Below are positions 20,085 through 30,221 of a stretch of 64,000 nt of DNA, in pieces (the stretch's first letter is position 1; each line of letters opens with the position of its first letter). Location: IMG/VR virus record IMGVR_UViG_3300027833_000022, positions 1 through 64,000 of that record; one strand, written 5' to 3'. The position numbers were made by a program, and so were the translations under genes. The notes under the pieces were generated by a model. It was not told the origin of the DNA and searched no databases. It worked only from the letters and a program-made list of their open reading frames with translations. The stretch is from a virus.

Positions 20085-20735
20085 TTAAGATGTCGTATTT
20101 GAATCTAAACCGTTGGTAATTGTTTTATAACCTTCATATGTGAAATCTATACGATATTGTACGGGCGCTGATTCGGAATAATTCAAGGTATCACCTTGTA
20201 TGTTGGTAATAATTGGGTTATAAATTTCTATAATATTGTTATCATCGTTAGAAGACTTTCTGATTATCTCTAATCTAGTAATATAATAACGATTATTGGT
20301 TAATTTTAAACCCTTGTCACTTTGCCCAAATTTAAAATTTTCACTAATAATATCATCTCTCATAGTATCATAGTTATCTGACATAGGACCAGAATAATAA
20401 TAATTATTATATCCTATTAGAAATTTCTCTATCTCTGCATCACGAGTGTCATAAGCAGATAAGGATATAGGAGTGTAATCAATTCCAGTTTGAATTGTAC
20501 GCTTCTTATTATATTGATTCAATGTCTGTGTCTTTATAGAATGTCCTGGCATTCCAATCTCAGATATCTTCTTTAACTCAAGACTTAGATCCTTGCCAGT
20601 GATATCTTTGTAGTGAATTACAACTTTAAATTGAAACTTATTTCTAGGAACAGCTAGATTTACGGACTTATCATATTGATCTTGTCCGTAAATCGTTACT
20701 GCTGTATTGTTGTAATCCCGTGTGAAATCAACCAT
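20085..20735 (-). CDS. Tail tube-fold protein (gp19/gp54-like)
   Basis: 'MPG......LNQYN.KR......Y.PI.....D' and 'LNYSES.P......F.YE' tube-family pattern; follows the tube gene. Confidence 0.65.
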   Translation of the reverse strand: MVDFTRDYNNTAVTIYGQDQYDKSVNLAVPRNKFQFKVVIHYKDITGKDLSLELKKISEIGMPGHSIKTQTLNQYNKKRTIQTGIDYTPISLSAYDTRDAEIEKFLIGYNNYYYSGPMSDNYDTMRDDIISENFKFGQSDKGLKLTNNRYYITRLEIIRKSSNDDNNIIEIYNPIITNIQGDTLNYSESAPVQYRIDFTYEGYKTITNGLDSNTTS

Positions 20736-20750
20736 GTATAACTAACTTAA

Positions 20751-21326
20751 TTAGTTTGCACCTTCACCAACGTTTCGATCTGCAAATAATGTTGCATTAT
20801 CATAACGGATAGTTATTGACGCCTGTACAACCTCGGAATTTGCATAATTCAAGTCACCGTAAGTCGCTTGTGTGATGAAACATCCCTCAATAAACCATTG
20901 ATCAATTATTGATGACGCATCTGTAGCATGTGATCCATCTAGTGTTTCGATGCGTGCAGTAAATTTATAATTTTCACCAGCCTTTGCGCTTGTTTGATCA
21001 CTATGATTTACTTGCTTATTCATTTGTGCTTGTATTGCTCTTATAACATCATTGTTTGCGTCATCGCGCAATGTCATTGTGAGATCACTCCATGTGTGCT
21101 TGCCAGCAATATGAATTTTTGAGTTATAAGTGTCTATAACAATTGGCTCTTGAGTAAGTTCAGGCCTTGTAGCACTAATTATATTCTGTGATACTAACGT
21201 ACCTTTCGATCCGACTGCTCCCAATCCTGTAAATACTACACGGAAACGATATTGTAATTTTGGCATCAATGTTTGAGCAGTTGTTGCATCTCCCATAGGT
21301 ATACCGAAATTGTTTAAAATAGCCAT
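20751..21326 (-). CDS. gp19: Tail tube protein (gp19 family)
   Basis: PKLQYRFRV, AGKHTW..LT.TLRDD, YGDLNY, ITIRYDNA; directly after the sheath gene. Confidence 0.85.
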   Translation of the reverse strand: MAILNNFGIPMGDATTAQTLMPKLQYRFRVVFTGLGAVGSKGTLVSQNIISATRPELTQEPIVIDTYNSKIHIAGKHTWSDLTMTLRDDANNDVIRAIQAQMNKQVNHSDQTSAKAGENYKFTARIETLDGSHATDASSIIDQWFIEGCFITQATYGDLNYANSEVVQASITIRYDNATLFADRNVGEGAN

Positions 21327-21422
21327 TTGATTTCTCCTTAGAATTTAAATAGTCTATCCTAATGATAGACTATTATATATATAAATGTATTTATGCTTTT
21401 TACGTTTTTATTTTGAAACAAT

Positions 21423-21447
21423 AAAAAGCCCACATAATGTGGGCTTT
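21423..21447 (-). terminator. Rho-independent terminator after the sheath gene
   Basis: AAAAAGCCCACATAATGTGGGCTTT, near-identical to the one at 6883. Confidence 0.8.
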
Positions 21448-21471
21448 GTTGAATATTAAATTTAATATGTG

Positions 21472-23868
21472 TTAACTTAAATCACCTGTATTTACAATAC
21501 GAATTGGGATATAAATAAATTCTGCCGATTTCGTAGGTTCAATTGCAATATCAACATAAATTTCATTGCGATCAATGCGTGCTGGTGTATTATTGGTAGT
21601 ATCACATACTATACTGTAGTCATACACACCACGATTAATTTGAATATTAGATAAGAAACCATCAAACGTTTGCTTAACATTATCACGAATTGATTCATCA
21701 TTTGGTTCAAACAAATATGGGCGAGAGATAACTGAAAAACGCTCACGTAAATATGCAACTAAACGAGCAACGTTGACGCGATCTAGTGCACTTGCTGATG
21801 CTGCTAATGTCTTCTGACCAAAGATAATAATACCTTCTGCTGGGAAGTTAACAATTGGATTCAATTTATTTAAATACATTGCATCACGATTTCCCTGTGT
21901 CAATGAAACTGCTACAAATTCGTTTTCTGAATTGATGTAACCAACATTTGATGCATTCTGAACAACACCACGTGTCAATCCTGCTGGTGCAAACCATTGG
22001 TAACTAACATTGTCGTTATATGCATATGTGTAAAGAACACTATGCGATGAAGGAGCAACTACACTTGAACCAGTTACTGGATCAGTCGTAAGTACACTAG
22101 GATAATAAGTTGCTGCATAAGTATTTTTGCTTACTAACCCATCTTCTCCATTCTCTGTTGCACTAGTTCCTTGTACCCAATTTATTGCATCAGTTGGATT
22201 CAAACGGAATGGACTATCTGCGATAACGAATGCTGTTTGATTGCGATCTGTATTTAATGTAACCATCTCGTCCATCAACTCTGGATAACCCGGTGCTGCG
22301 ATCAAACGGAACTGAATAGTTTCTTCGCGTAGTGTCGATCCTGATGCACTTGCTTGCATTGCCTCTGCTACAACTTTACGTTGTGCTTTACGACCAAATG
22401 ATCCTGCACCTGATGCTGCATTTCCAGCAAAGTTGCGCCATTTCCAATCAGTTGTTAATGTTGAATCATACTTACGTACTGTATTCTTTGAACGACACAT
22501 GTTAACTGCTGAAGTACCAACTGCGAATAATAATGGGTTAGGACCATTTGCCAATACGCCTGCTGCGTCTACAAATGCACCTGCTGAAACATCTAAGTCA
22601 GAAATATCACCAAATACTACACCATCAGATGTACTTTGGTCTGTATTATCTTTAACAATCCATGCTGAACCATTGCTACGATAGATAACTGGATAGTTAT
22701 CTTCATCAGTGTCAACCCAATAATCACCATCTACGCCAACTACTGGAGCAGATGAAGTATAAGATACATTAGTAGCCTTCTTCCATTTTTGAACACCACC
22801 ATCAAGTGCTACTTCAAAAAGAGCCAATTCATTTACTGCTGAATCAAACCAAATAGTACCCGTAGTAGCTGCGCCAACTGGTGCAGTTGTTTGTACAGTT
22901 GAAACCATATCTACGAATGCTGAAGTAGTTGAGTCATAACGATGAATAGAAACAAAACCATCATCTATATCAAGCCAAATGTCACCTTCTGCCAATACAC
23001 GCGCTGTCGCTGCTGTACCATCTTGGAAAGTATCACCGATTACACCCGTAGGTGCTGCTGCTTGTGCATAAATTGCAGACTGTGCTACAAATTCGCCCGC
23101 TGTTGTAGTGAATAATGAAATATCATAATCAATTCCTACGCCTGGTGTGGTTGTCTTAATCCATACATCGCCTACTGTTGGTCCAACTGGTGCTGTGTAA
23201 TGTGGTGCAAATGATGCTGTTCCTGCGCCCCATGCTGCGTTTAATGCAACCCATGATCCGCCTTCTCCAATCCAATAACGTACATTAGTAAGAGTTACTA
23301 CTTGTTCGATGGTAACATGATAGTTTCCATCAACAACTGTTGCGGTAGGTGTTGCTGCTGCTGATGCTACAATTTCAACGCTTGGTGTTGCTACTGCCCA
23401 ACCACTTGCTGAGTATTCAAAGATACCAAACTTAGATAGTGTTGGATTTACCCAATAAGTATTAGTTGCTGGTAAGCCAACTGGCTCAACTGTCTTGGGA
23501 CGAAGTTCTGCTAGGTCCACATCTGCGCGTACAATATATGCTGCTGATGCTTGACCTAAGAATGAATATGCTGCTAATAGACCGTAATCATTAGTTTCAT
23601 CTCCTTGTTGTACTGTACTTCCTACTGTACGAAAATCTACATTTCCGAAGTATTGAGTTAGTTCGCGCTGTGATGTTACTAAGATCGGACTTCCCGCTGT
23701 TGCTGATTTAGTATATTTTGCAATACCATCTGCTTCTGTGCCAGTTGGGTCAACTTTATCTTGACCTGTGGCGATAAAAATCATTGGTACTGTACCAGCA
23801 CCTGCTGATCCGTATACCGACTCGTCTGTTATTGATACCTGAGTGCCAGGTGATACAAGATTTGCCAT
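21472..23868 (-). CDS. gp18: Contractile tail sheath protein (gp18 family)
   Basis: LVSPG.....DES, WFAPAGLTRG, GQKTL...SALDRVNVARL, CD.TNNTP.RID, P.KS.EFIY motifs. Confidence 0.95.
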   Translation of the reverse strand: MANLVSPGTQVSITDESVYGSAGAGTVPMIFIATGQDKVDPTGTEADGIAKYTKSATAGSPILVTSQRELTQYFGNVDFRTVGSTVQQGDETNDYGLLAAYSFLGQASAAYIVRADVDLAELRPKTVEPVGLPATNTYWVNPTLSKFGIFEYSASGWAVATPSVEIVASAAATPTATVVDGNYHVTIEQVVTLTNVRYWIGEGGSWVALNAAWGAGTASFAPHYTAPVGPTVGDVWIKTTTPGVGIDYDISLFTTTAGEFVAQSAIYAQAAAPTGVIGDTFQDGTAATARVLAEGDIWLDIDDGFVSIHRYDSTTSAFVDMVSTVQTTAPVGAATTGTIWFDSAVNELALFEVALDGGVQKWKKATNVSYTSSAPVVGVDGDYWVDTDEDNYPVIYRSNGSAWIVKDNTDQSTSDGVVFGDISDLDVSAGAFVDAAGVLANGPNPLLFAVGTSAVNMCRSKNTVRKYDSTLTTDWKWRNFAGNAASGAGSFGRKAQRKVVAEAMQASASGSTLREETIQFRLIAAPGYPELMDEMVTLNTDRNQTAFVIADSPFRLNPTDAINWVQGTSATENGEDGLVSKNTYAATYYPSVLTTDPVTGSSVVAPSSHSVLYTYAYNDNVSYQWFAPAGLTRGVVQNASNVGYINSENEFVAVSLTQGNRDAMYLNKLNPIVNFPAEGIIIFGQKTLAASASALDRVNVARLVAYLRERFSVISRPYLFEPNDESIRDNVKQTFDGFLSNIQINRGVYDYSIVCDTTNNTPARIDRNEIYVDIAIEPTKSAEFIYIPIRIVNTGDLS

Positions 23869-23976
23869 TTGTGGAGTTCTCCTTTATTTTATTTTATTTT
23901 ACATGTAATTACTAGTTATGAATCTATATCATTGTTAGTATTTAGCGTAAGTTAAAGAAAAGACCTGATTACAGCA

Positions 23977-24624
23977 TTAACATAATAGTTTAATGGTATT
24001 GTGTCGAAATACTTCCAATGTAGATGTGTTATACATAGTATGGTCGAATTGCCAACCAGCCCAACTAAATTCACTTGGATGTACATCTGGGAATGCTACT
24101 TCCATATGATTACCATGATCGTATATTTGATATTCTTCTTCTGGTGGCGTAGTATTTGTGGTAACTGCAATGTCCCACCATTCTGGTAAATCATGTCTCC
24201 ACACAGATGTGGTAGTACCGCCCAATCGCTTGATTACACCTAACTCGTTGAAGAAACGACAATCCGAGATAACGACATTATTATCAATCTGCAAAATCTT
24301 ACGTTCGGCTGCTGCAACCCAAATGTCTGGATTAAAATGAGATCGCATTACGTCTGTACCGATAAATTGCAGTGCATATCTAGGTGTAAAATTTGGAATA
24401 CCTAATCTATCGGACCACCATATATCTACTTTCTCTCGCCAAACTCTACTCTCAGATGTATTACCTTCCAATAGGGTTCGATCCCAACTAAAAATATTCG
24501 CAACAGCATCTTTTAGTACTCCTGCAAAACTAACTCTTTCAAATCCTTCTTCAATTAAAAAACCTGCTGCTGTGTCTTTACCATGTCCGATTAATCCACA
24601 TATACCGATCACTTTCTTGTTCAT
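23977..24624 (-). CDS. Deoxynucleoside monophosphate kinase (T4 gp1 family)
   Basis: GLIGHGKDT P-loop, FA..LKD, PRYALQFIGTDVMR, ISDCRF.NE, H.SE motifs. Confidence 0.9.
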   Translation of the reverse strand: MNKKVIGICGLIGHGKDTAAGFLIEEGFERVSFAGVLKDAVANIFSWDRTLLEGNTSESRVWREKVDIWWSDRLGIPNFTPRYALQFIGTDVMRSHFNPDIWVAAAERKILQIDNNVVISDCRFFNELGVIKRLGGTTTSVWRHDLPEWWDIAVTTNTTPPEEEYQIYDHGNHMEVAFPDVHPSEFSWAGWQFDHTMYNTSTLEVFRHNTIKLLC

Positions 24625-24644
24625 TATTACCTTCGTTTATTATG

Positions 24645-25382
24645 TTATCCGATTACAAACCCTAAGCCACTACTTCCGTCATTGAACAATGTCAATTCTG
24701 TTTCCAACTTGTCAATTTCTGCTTCTGCCGATGCTTGTAATTCACCAGCGTTCATTGTAGTGCCACCTTGTGGACCTGCAATTTGTGCGAACTTACCACG
24801 TGCTTGTGCAAGCATTAATTTAGCATGACATAATGAAAAATCCTTAATCCAAGGACCTGCATGTATATCTTTTAATAATATTTCTAATGGACGATGATTA
24901 TATACATGAAGAATACATATATCATCTGCTTTCATCATACGATGTAGAATTAACTTATTATCTGATTTACGCCATGTGAACGTTATCTCTGCACCGAATA
25001 AACGACCCATTGTTTCTCTATTCTGTTGTAAGAAGTCAAAACTTGCTAAACCACCACTTCGACTTGAACCCAGTAGATAAGTATTCAAGTAATTTGCTTG
25101 AAATGGTTCAAAGTCATTACCTGTTCCTGATGATACGCCAGTTGTACGACGATATATATCAGTTACTTCGTCTATTTCACTAGGTAATGTATATTCTGCA
25201 ACATCTTTCAATAATTCTAGTGAAACAAAACTTTCTTCTACGGAATTTTCTGCGCGTTGACGATATTTTTCTACTGCTTTCTTAATCGCTAATTCATAGT
25301 GTTCTGGATCTAATTCCACGTCCACCATTTGACCACCTAATCTCAGTTCTATTTCTTTAATTAATTCAGATTGTGCCGACAT
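24645..25382 (-). CDS. gp13: Neck protein (gp13 family)
   Basis: LG..MVDVELDPEH, W.KD......K..L..ARGKF..I.GP.GG..MN motifs; GGGAG SD before ATG 25382. Confidence 0.85.
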   Translation of the reverse strand: MSAQSELIKEIELRLGGQMVDVELDPEHYELAIKKAVEKYRQRAENSVEESFVSLELLKDVAEYTLPSEIDEVTDIYRRTTGVSSGTGNDFEPFQANYLNTYLLGSSRSGGLASFDFLQQNRETMGRLFGAEITFTWRKSDNKLILHRMMKADDICILHVYNHRPLEILLKDIHAGPWIKDFSLCHAKLMLAQARGKFAQIAGPQGGTTMNAGELQASAEAEIDKLETELTLFNDGSSGLGFVIG

Positions 25383-25411
25383 AAATATATTCTCCCTATT
25401 ATGTATATTTA

Positions 25412-25636
25412 TCAAATAGTATGTGTCAACTTATATATCAGGGCGTCACCTTCGTTTTGAAATGCTACATACGAATAACTTATTGTAGTTTTTACCTTAG
25501 ACACATCCCAACAATCAGTTGCATTCTGTTTTCACTATTCTGCGGCTTCTGTATAATCGGAATAGCATATCTCATATATATTCCAACCAATCTTCTTTAG
25601 TTTTCTTTTCTTAATATTTAATCTATTTCCAATCAC
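25412..25636 (-). pseudogene. Small phage ORF interrupted by in-frame TAG-TGA
   Basis: GTG start gives MIGNRL...YTEAAE**KQNATDCWD...VAFQNEGDALIYKLTHTI; the frame fills the intergenic gap on both sides of the double stop. Confidence 0.55.
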
Positions 25637-25645
25637 GTTGATTTT

Positions 25646-26908
25646 CTACTTGAATACCGCAAGAATGATGATTTCATCATTAAATCGACCATTCATCTTA
25701 GTATCGGTAGTAGTCAATGACTTAAATGTCTTTAATGCTTTCGGCTTCGTTATCTTCTTAAATTGTGGTAACACATCATTGGGCTTTCGCAATGTCTTCT
25801 GTGTACTCACCTCTTCGTTGAAGTTTAATAATGTAGTTCCTTTGACTTTAAAACCATCCGCGTCAATTGCTACATATAATCCTAGTTTTCGGTTTTTACA
25901 ATTAAATACCACTGCTGCAACTGCTCCGATTAATCCACTTGGTGCTACACTTGCAATACCATATGAAGAATCATTTGATTTATATTTTAATTTTGAAACT
26001 AACTGATCTGCTGACTTCTGCTTTACCTTACGAGGAGCCTTTGTTGCTTTCTGTTCAATAATAACAATGTCACATGCATCAATTATCTTCTTATGCATCG
26101 CAATAATAGTCTTTAACTGTTTTGGGTTAAAATGTGAATACGCTTCTACTAATTGCTCACATACATCTTGCTCTTTTTCACTTAATTTCTTAAATGCTGC
26201 TGGTTTAGGTATTGCTGCTACTTCTAATAATTCTTCATATACATCATTGTAAAAACTTTTAACAATACGAGCATGATTTGCTTTTGCTTCTGCTACAATC
26301 AATATCGTATGAGGATCAAACTTATCTACTAATGTAGTATCGCGAGTTATTACAAATTCTTCAATTCCATCATCAATACCTTCGCACATTATAGTGGCTG
26401 CTTTACGCATAATATCTTGAATACTTGGTGCTGCAACAGTTACTGACTTTTTCTTATCTTCAATGACTTCTTCGTTGCCTATAATAAGCGAGCCTTCAGC
26501 AACAACGTCAGAAATACCACTAGATACGAATTCACTAACGGGCTTTAGTTCAGATGAAGTGCCTTTCAGATTGCGCCACATTTCTGCATGATTTTCTTGT
26601 AAATCAGGCATGCCAGTAGTTAACAGTTTTGCATAAATTCCAACTTGAACTGGAATATGTGATACTGCCTTTGCTGCTTTGATATCTAATGCGCTATATT
26701 TGTTTTGTTTCATGTATTCGTACACATATCCACGTAAATCTGCCGTCTTTACATTCTGATAATACAATCGTGCAAATGCAGTACGCTCTTTATGAAATTT
26801 ATCACCAGACCATGTTTCTGCCGAAGACCAATCAGGATCTGTGAATCCAGTCTTACGATTAATTTTTGCCCTAGGCTTCTTACGAGGTACTTTGATGCTA
26901 ATTGCCAT
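25646..26908 (-). CDS. Hypothetical early protein (~420 aa)
   Basis: Long Lys-rich ORF; AAAGGA SD at ATG 26908; sigma70 promoter upstream. Confidence 0.75.
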   Translation of the reverse strand: MAISIKVPRKKPRAKINRKTGFTDPDWSSAETWSGDKFHKERTAFARLYYQNVKTADLRGYVYEYMKQNKYSALDIKAAKAVSHIPVQVGIYAKLLTTGMPDLQENHAEMWRNLKGTSSELKPVSEFVSSGISDVVAEGSLIIGNEEVIEDKKKSVTVAAPSIQDIMRKAATIMCEGIDDGIEEFVITRDTTLVDKFDPHTILIVAEAKANHARIVKSFYNDVYEELLEVAAIPKPAAFKKLSEKEQDVCEQLVEAYSHFNPKQLKTIIAMHKKIIDACDIVIIEQKATKAPRKVKQKSADQLVSKLKYKSNDSSYGIASVAPSGLIGAVAAVVFNCKNRKLGLYVAIDADGFKVKGTTLLNFNEEVSTQKTLRKPNDVLPQFKKITKPKALKTFKSLTTTDTKMNGRFNDEIIILAVFK

Positions 26909-26941
26909 GTTATAATTTCCTTTCGTGTTTGATTTAAATAT

Positions 26942-26970
26942 ACTATACACTACTTATAGTTTTTTGTCAA
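26942..26970 (-). promoter_or_regulatory. sigma70-type early promoter
   Basis: TTGACA-N17-TATAGT. Confidence 0.75.
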
Positions 26971-26973
26971 ATA

Positions 26974-27285
26974 TTATAGGGGAACGACTTCATATAAGCG
27001 TTTTTGCTTGATATTCCACTTTTCAACGATAGGATTACCATCATCATCTTCATTAACCACAATATATGCAACGCCTTTCTTAACATTAGCATAACGATAC
27101 CCATGATCAAACGATGATCTCTCTGTTACCCATACTAAATGAGGATATGCATCAAGATACGGGATTTTTGATTCATCTAAGTTCTTAGAAAATTCAAATA
27201 AGTTGTCAGTTGTCTTTTCTCTGAAACAACCTAGAATTGAACTGTCTCCCTTGTCAAAATAAACAGATGAATGTGCAAATGCCAT
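26974..27285 (-). CDS. Hypothetical early protein
   Basis: 103-aa ORF with GGGAG SD. Confidence 0.7.
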   Translation of the reverse strand: MAFAHSSVYFDKGDSSILGCFREKTTDNLFEFSKNLDESKIPYLDAYPHLVWVTERSSFDHGYRYANVKKGVAYIVVNEDDDGNPIVEKWNIKQKRLYEVVPL

Positions 27286-27369
27286 AATTATACTCCCTTT
27301 GTGTTGTATGTCTTACCATCATTGCTTAGAGGAGACATTTAGCGTACTGTAGCGACTGTTTATGCAGTA

Positions 27370-27657
27370 CTACAGTGACAAATATAAACCAGTTTCTTTT
27401 TCAATTAAATCTTGCATCATATCACAGTATATTCCATCATGTGATGCAACTTCTGCGATCTTAACACCCCAAATCTTACTAAATGTAATGTCGTATGTAT
27501 CCATAGAGTTTAAAGCAACCTTAACATGGTTAACTCTCTTACTTCCTCTAATGCGAAAAGAAAGATCATTACCACTAGTGGCTAAATTCTTAGCACCCAT
27601 CATATACAATGCTTTGTTACCGATTTGATTTTTAATAATAGAAGCAACTTGTGACAT
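27370..27657 (-). CDS. Hypothetical early protein
   Basis: 95-aa ORF right behind a consensus promoter. Confidence 0.7.
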   Translation of the reverse strand: MSQVASIIKNQIGNKALYMMGAKNLATSGNDLSFRIRGSKRVNHVKVALNSMDTYDITFSKIWGVKIAEVASHDGIYCDMMQDLIEKETGLYLSL

Positions 27658-27693
27658 AATTTTTCTCTCTTTGATTAATTAACCTACTTAACT

Positions 27694-27722
27694 ATTATAG
27701 CAAGATGCCTTACATTTGTCAA
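27694..27722 (-). promoter_or_regulatory. Perfect consensus sigma70 promoter
   Basis: TTGACA-N17-TATAAT. Confidence 0.85.
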
Positions 27723-27743
27723 GTGTTTTTGAAATCTTTTTGC

Positions 27744-27751
27744 ATAAATAC
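27744..27751 (+). promoter_or_regulatory. Late promoter for gp14-gp15
   Basis: ATAAATAC followed by AAGGAG SD and ATG 27773. Confidence 0.65.
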
Positions 27752-27772
27752 TCTATATATAAGGAGTAATCT

Positions 27773-28837
27773 ATGCCTCGTTTAAGTCTCTATCGTGCGA
27801 CAAAAACCAATGACTTTAACTTTCATGACAGAACCATCCGAGAACAGTTTGATATCGGTGGCACTGCCATACATGTTCATAAATATCTTGGACCCAAAGA
27901 AACTATCAACAGTGATGACCCAACTGAACCAAACTATGGTTCTGGTCTTGAAATTGATCCCACACTTGGCGTTGAGATTAATCCCGAAGGATTTATTAAT
28001 GAAACTAAGATACAAGACTTGTTGTTTATGGAAAATCGTGATCGTAAATATGATCCAGACGTTTTTGAATTACGTGGTGTATACAACGTAACAGACAATG
28101 ATTTTGACTTAACACAATTTGGTCTATTCTTGACTAATGACACAATGTTTATCACATTTCATACAAATGATATGGTATCAAAAGTTGGTAGAAAATTAAT
28201 GCCGGGTGATGTACTAGAATTACCTCATTTACGAGATGATCTTTTATTAAATCATGACAGAAGTGCTATTAACAAATTTTATGTAGTACAAGATGCGAAC
28301 CGTGGCAGCGAAGGATATAGTCAAACATGGTATAGTCATATTTGGCGTGTAAAAGTAACACCATTGACCGATACACAAGAATATGCAGATATATTAGGAA
28401 CAGCCGATGATCCAGATAGTTTGAAACAAGATTTAAGTTCATATAAAACAGAGATCAATATTTCTAATGCTATCATACAAAGTGCTGAACTTGACGATCC
28501 ATTAGGAATTCCATTAGTTAGTCATTTGTTTGGTGCTACACCTGTTGATAATGAATATGATCATGGTGAAGTATTAGAAAAAGGTGATCAATTTCCACAA
28601 ATGCCAAACGATGGTGAATATTTTATAAGAGAAGATTTCACTCCAAATCGTTTATTCGTTTATCGTGGTAGTAGATGGCAGCGATTGTACGACAATGTAA
28701 CTGATTCTACTTGGTCAGATAAGACATTCAATGCAAGTGGATTTATAGACAACAAAGCAACAACTGTTGTGGACAATAAAGAAGTTCCTGAAAGACAGGC
28801 GCTATCAGATGTAATCAAACCAAAGAGTGATTTTTAA
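27773..28837 (+). CDS. Neck/head closure protein (gp14-like)
   Basis: DLLFMENRDRKY, L.QFGLFL.ND...I, GDVLELPHL pattern; precedes the gp15-like gene. Confidence 0.65.
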   Translation: MPRLSLYRATKTNDFNFHDRTIREQFDIGGTAIHVHKYLGPKETINSDDPTEPNYGSGLEIDPTLGVEINPEGFINETKIQDLLFMENRDRKYDPDVFELRGVYNVTDNDFDLTQFGLFLTNDTMFITFHTNDMVSKVGRKLMPGDVLELPHLRDDLLLNHDRSAINKFYVVQDANRGSEGYSQTWYSHIWRVKVTPLTDTQEYADILGTADDPDSLKQDLSSYKTEINISNAIIQSAELDDPLGIPLVSHLFGATPVDNEYDHGEVLEKGDQFPQMPNDGEYFIREDFTPNRLFVYRGSRWQRLYDNVTDSTWSDKTFNASGFIDNKATTVVDNKEVPERQALSDVIKPKSDF

Positions 28838-28839
28838 TT

Positions 28840-30195
28840 ATGGCACAATATTTTTATGATAGACAAATTCGTCGATATATACAACAGTTCATCAGATTAT
28901 TTGGTGGATTTGATGTACAAATGGGAATCAACGATCAAAAGATGCCCATATACCAAACTGTACCAGTTAGATACGGTGACACAAATCGCATGGCTGCACA
29001 TATTACTCGCGAAAATAGTGAGAATGTAATAAACACTGTTCCATTCATATCTTGTTATGTAACTGCACTTGACATGGCTCCTGAGCGTAGAATGAGCCAA
29101 CAACATATAGATAAAGTACAAGTATATGAAAAACAAATAGATGAGACAACAGGTGAATACACAGGTAACGTAGGTAATAGGTATACAGTAGAGCGACATA
29201 TGCCAGTTCCTTATAACCTAACTATGAATTGTGATATATGGTCATCAAACACAGATCAGAAATTACAATTGCTTGAACAAATAATGGTATTGTTTAATCC
29301 TACGTTGAATATTCATACCACCGACAATCCAATGGATTGGTCGAGTCTTGCATATGTTGAAATGAAGAATTCTCAATGGTCAAGTCGTAGTGTAGGTGCA
29401 AGTGTTGATGATATTATTGATGTTAGCACACTGACATTTGAAATGCCGATATTTATTAATCCCCCTGCAAAATTAAAGCAGCAAAAATTGATTTATACCG
29501 TAATCAATCAATTATATAATTTAGATGATGTTAATTTAGATGCATTTGATGCAAAGGAGTCATTTGATAAATCATCGCTGCAATATGTAACAGTTACATT
29601 AGATGATATGAAAATTAAATTTGATAATAACAAAGCATATTTACTAAATGAGTCTGGTACTAATTTAGATGCCGAAAGTGTACTTCTTGATTGGTCTAAA
29701 TTCCTTACGCCATTCGGTGAATTACGAGAAGGCATTAGTCAGATTCGTATACGAAAATCAAGTGCACCGAATGATATGGATAATGATATTATTGGTAGAC
29801 TTAGTTTTGATAGTCTTAATGTAAATGCACTTAATGTAGATGTTGACACTAGTACATTACCAACAAACACATTGACTGCTATCAATGGAGTATTAGATCC
29901 GTTACAGAATTATCCGGGTGATGGAATGGTAGATGCTGCGGTTATCGGTGCTAGATATATTATTACTAATGATATTCCAAACGGACCAGAATGGTCTGGA
30001 TTAAATGCATATACTAATGACATTATTGAATACAACGGATCAATATGGACAGTATCATTTGATAGTAGTGCAGTAACTACTCAACAATATGTAGATAACA
30101 TTTTGTCAGATGATCAATTGGAATGGACTGGCACTGAATGGATTAATAGTCATGAAGGAATATATAACGCTGGATTCTGGCGACTTTATATATGA
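28840..30195 (+). CDS. gp15: Tail terminator/sheath stabiliser (gp15-like) with C-terminal extension
   Basis: YFYD.QIRRYI.QF..LF, VPVRYG, PVPYNL, QKLQLLEQI..LFNP motifs. Confidence 0.8.
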   Translation: MAQYFYDRQIRRYIQQFIRLFGGFDVQMGINDQKMPIYQTVPVRYGDTNRMAAHITRENSENVINTVPFISCYVTALDMAPERRMSQQHIDKVQVYEKQIDETTGEYTGNVGNRYTVERHMPVPYNLTMNCDIWSSNTDQKLQLLEQIMVLFNPTLNIHTTDNPMDWSSLAYVEMKNSQWSSRSVGASVDDIIDVSTLTFEMPIFINPPAKLKQQKLIYTVINQLYNLDDVNLDAFDAKESFDKSSLQYVTVTLDDMKIKFDNNKAYLLNESGTNLDAESVLLDWSKFLTPFGELREGISQIRIRKSSAPNDMDNDIIGRLSFDSLNVNALNVDVDTSTLPTNTLTAINGVLDPLQNYPGDGMVDAAVIGARYIITNDIPNGPEWSGLNAYTNDIIEYNGSIWTVSFDSSAVTTQQYVDNILSDDQLEWTGTEWINSHEGIYNAGFWRLYI

Positions 30196-30221
30196 TCAAA
30201 CATAATGGTCATGTATAAAGT

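Noticed and set aside
25532-25537. Genome-wide stop codon reassignment
   Set aside because: Core genes are full length in the standard code, and both TAG and TGA terminate genes normally elsewhere (e.g. 25646, 55691)
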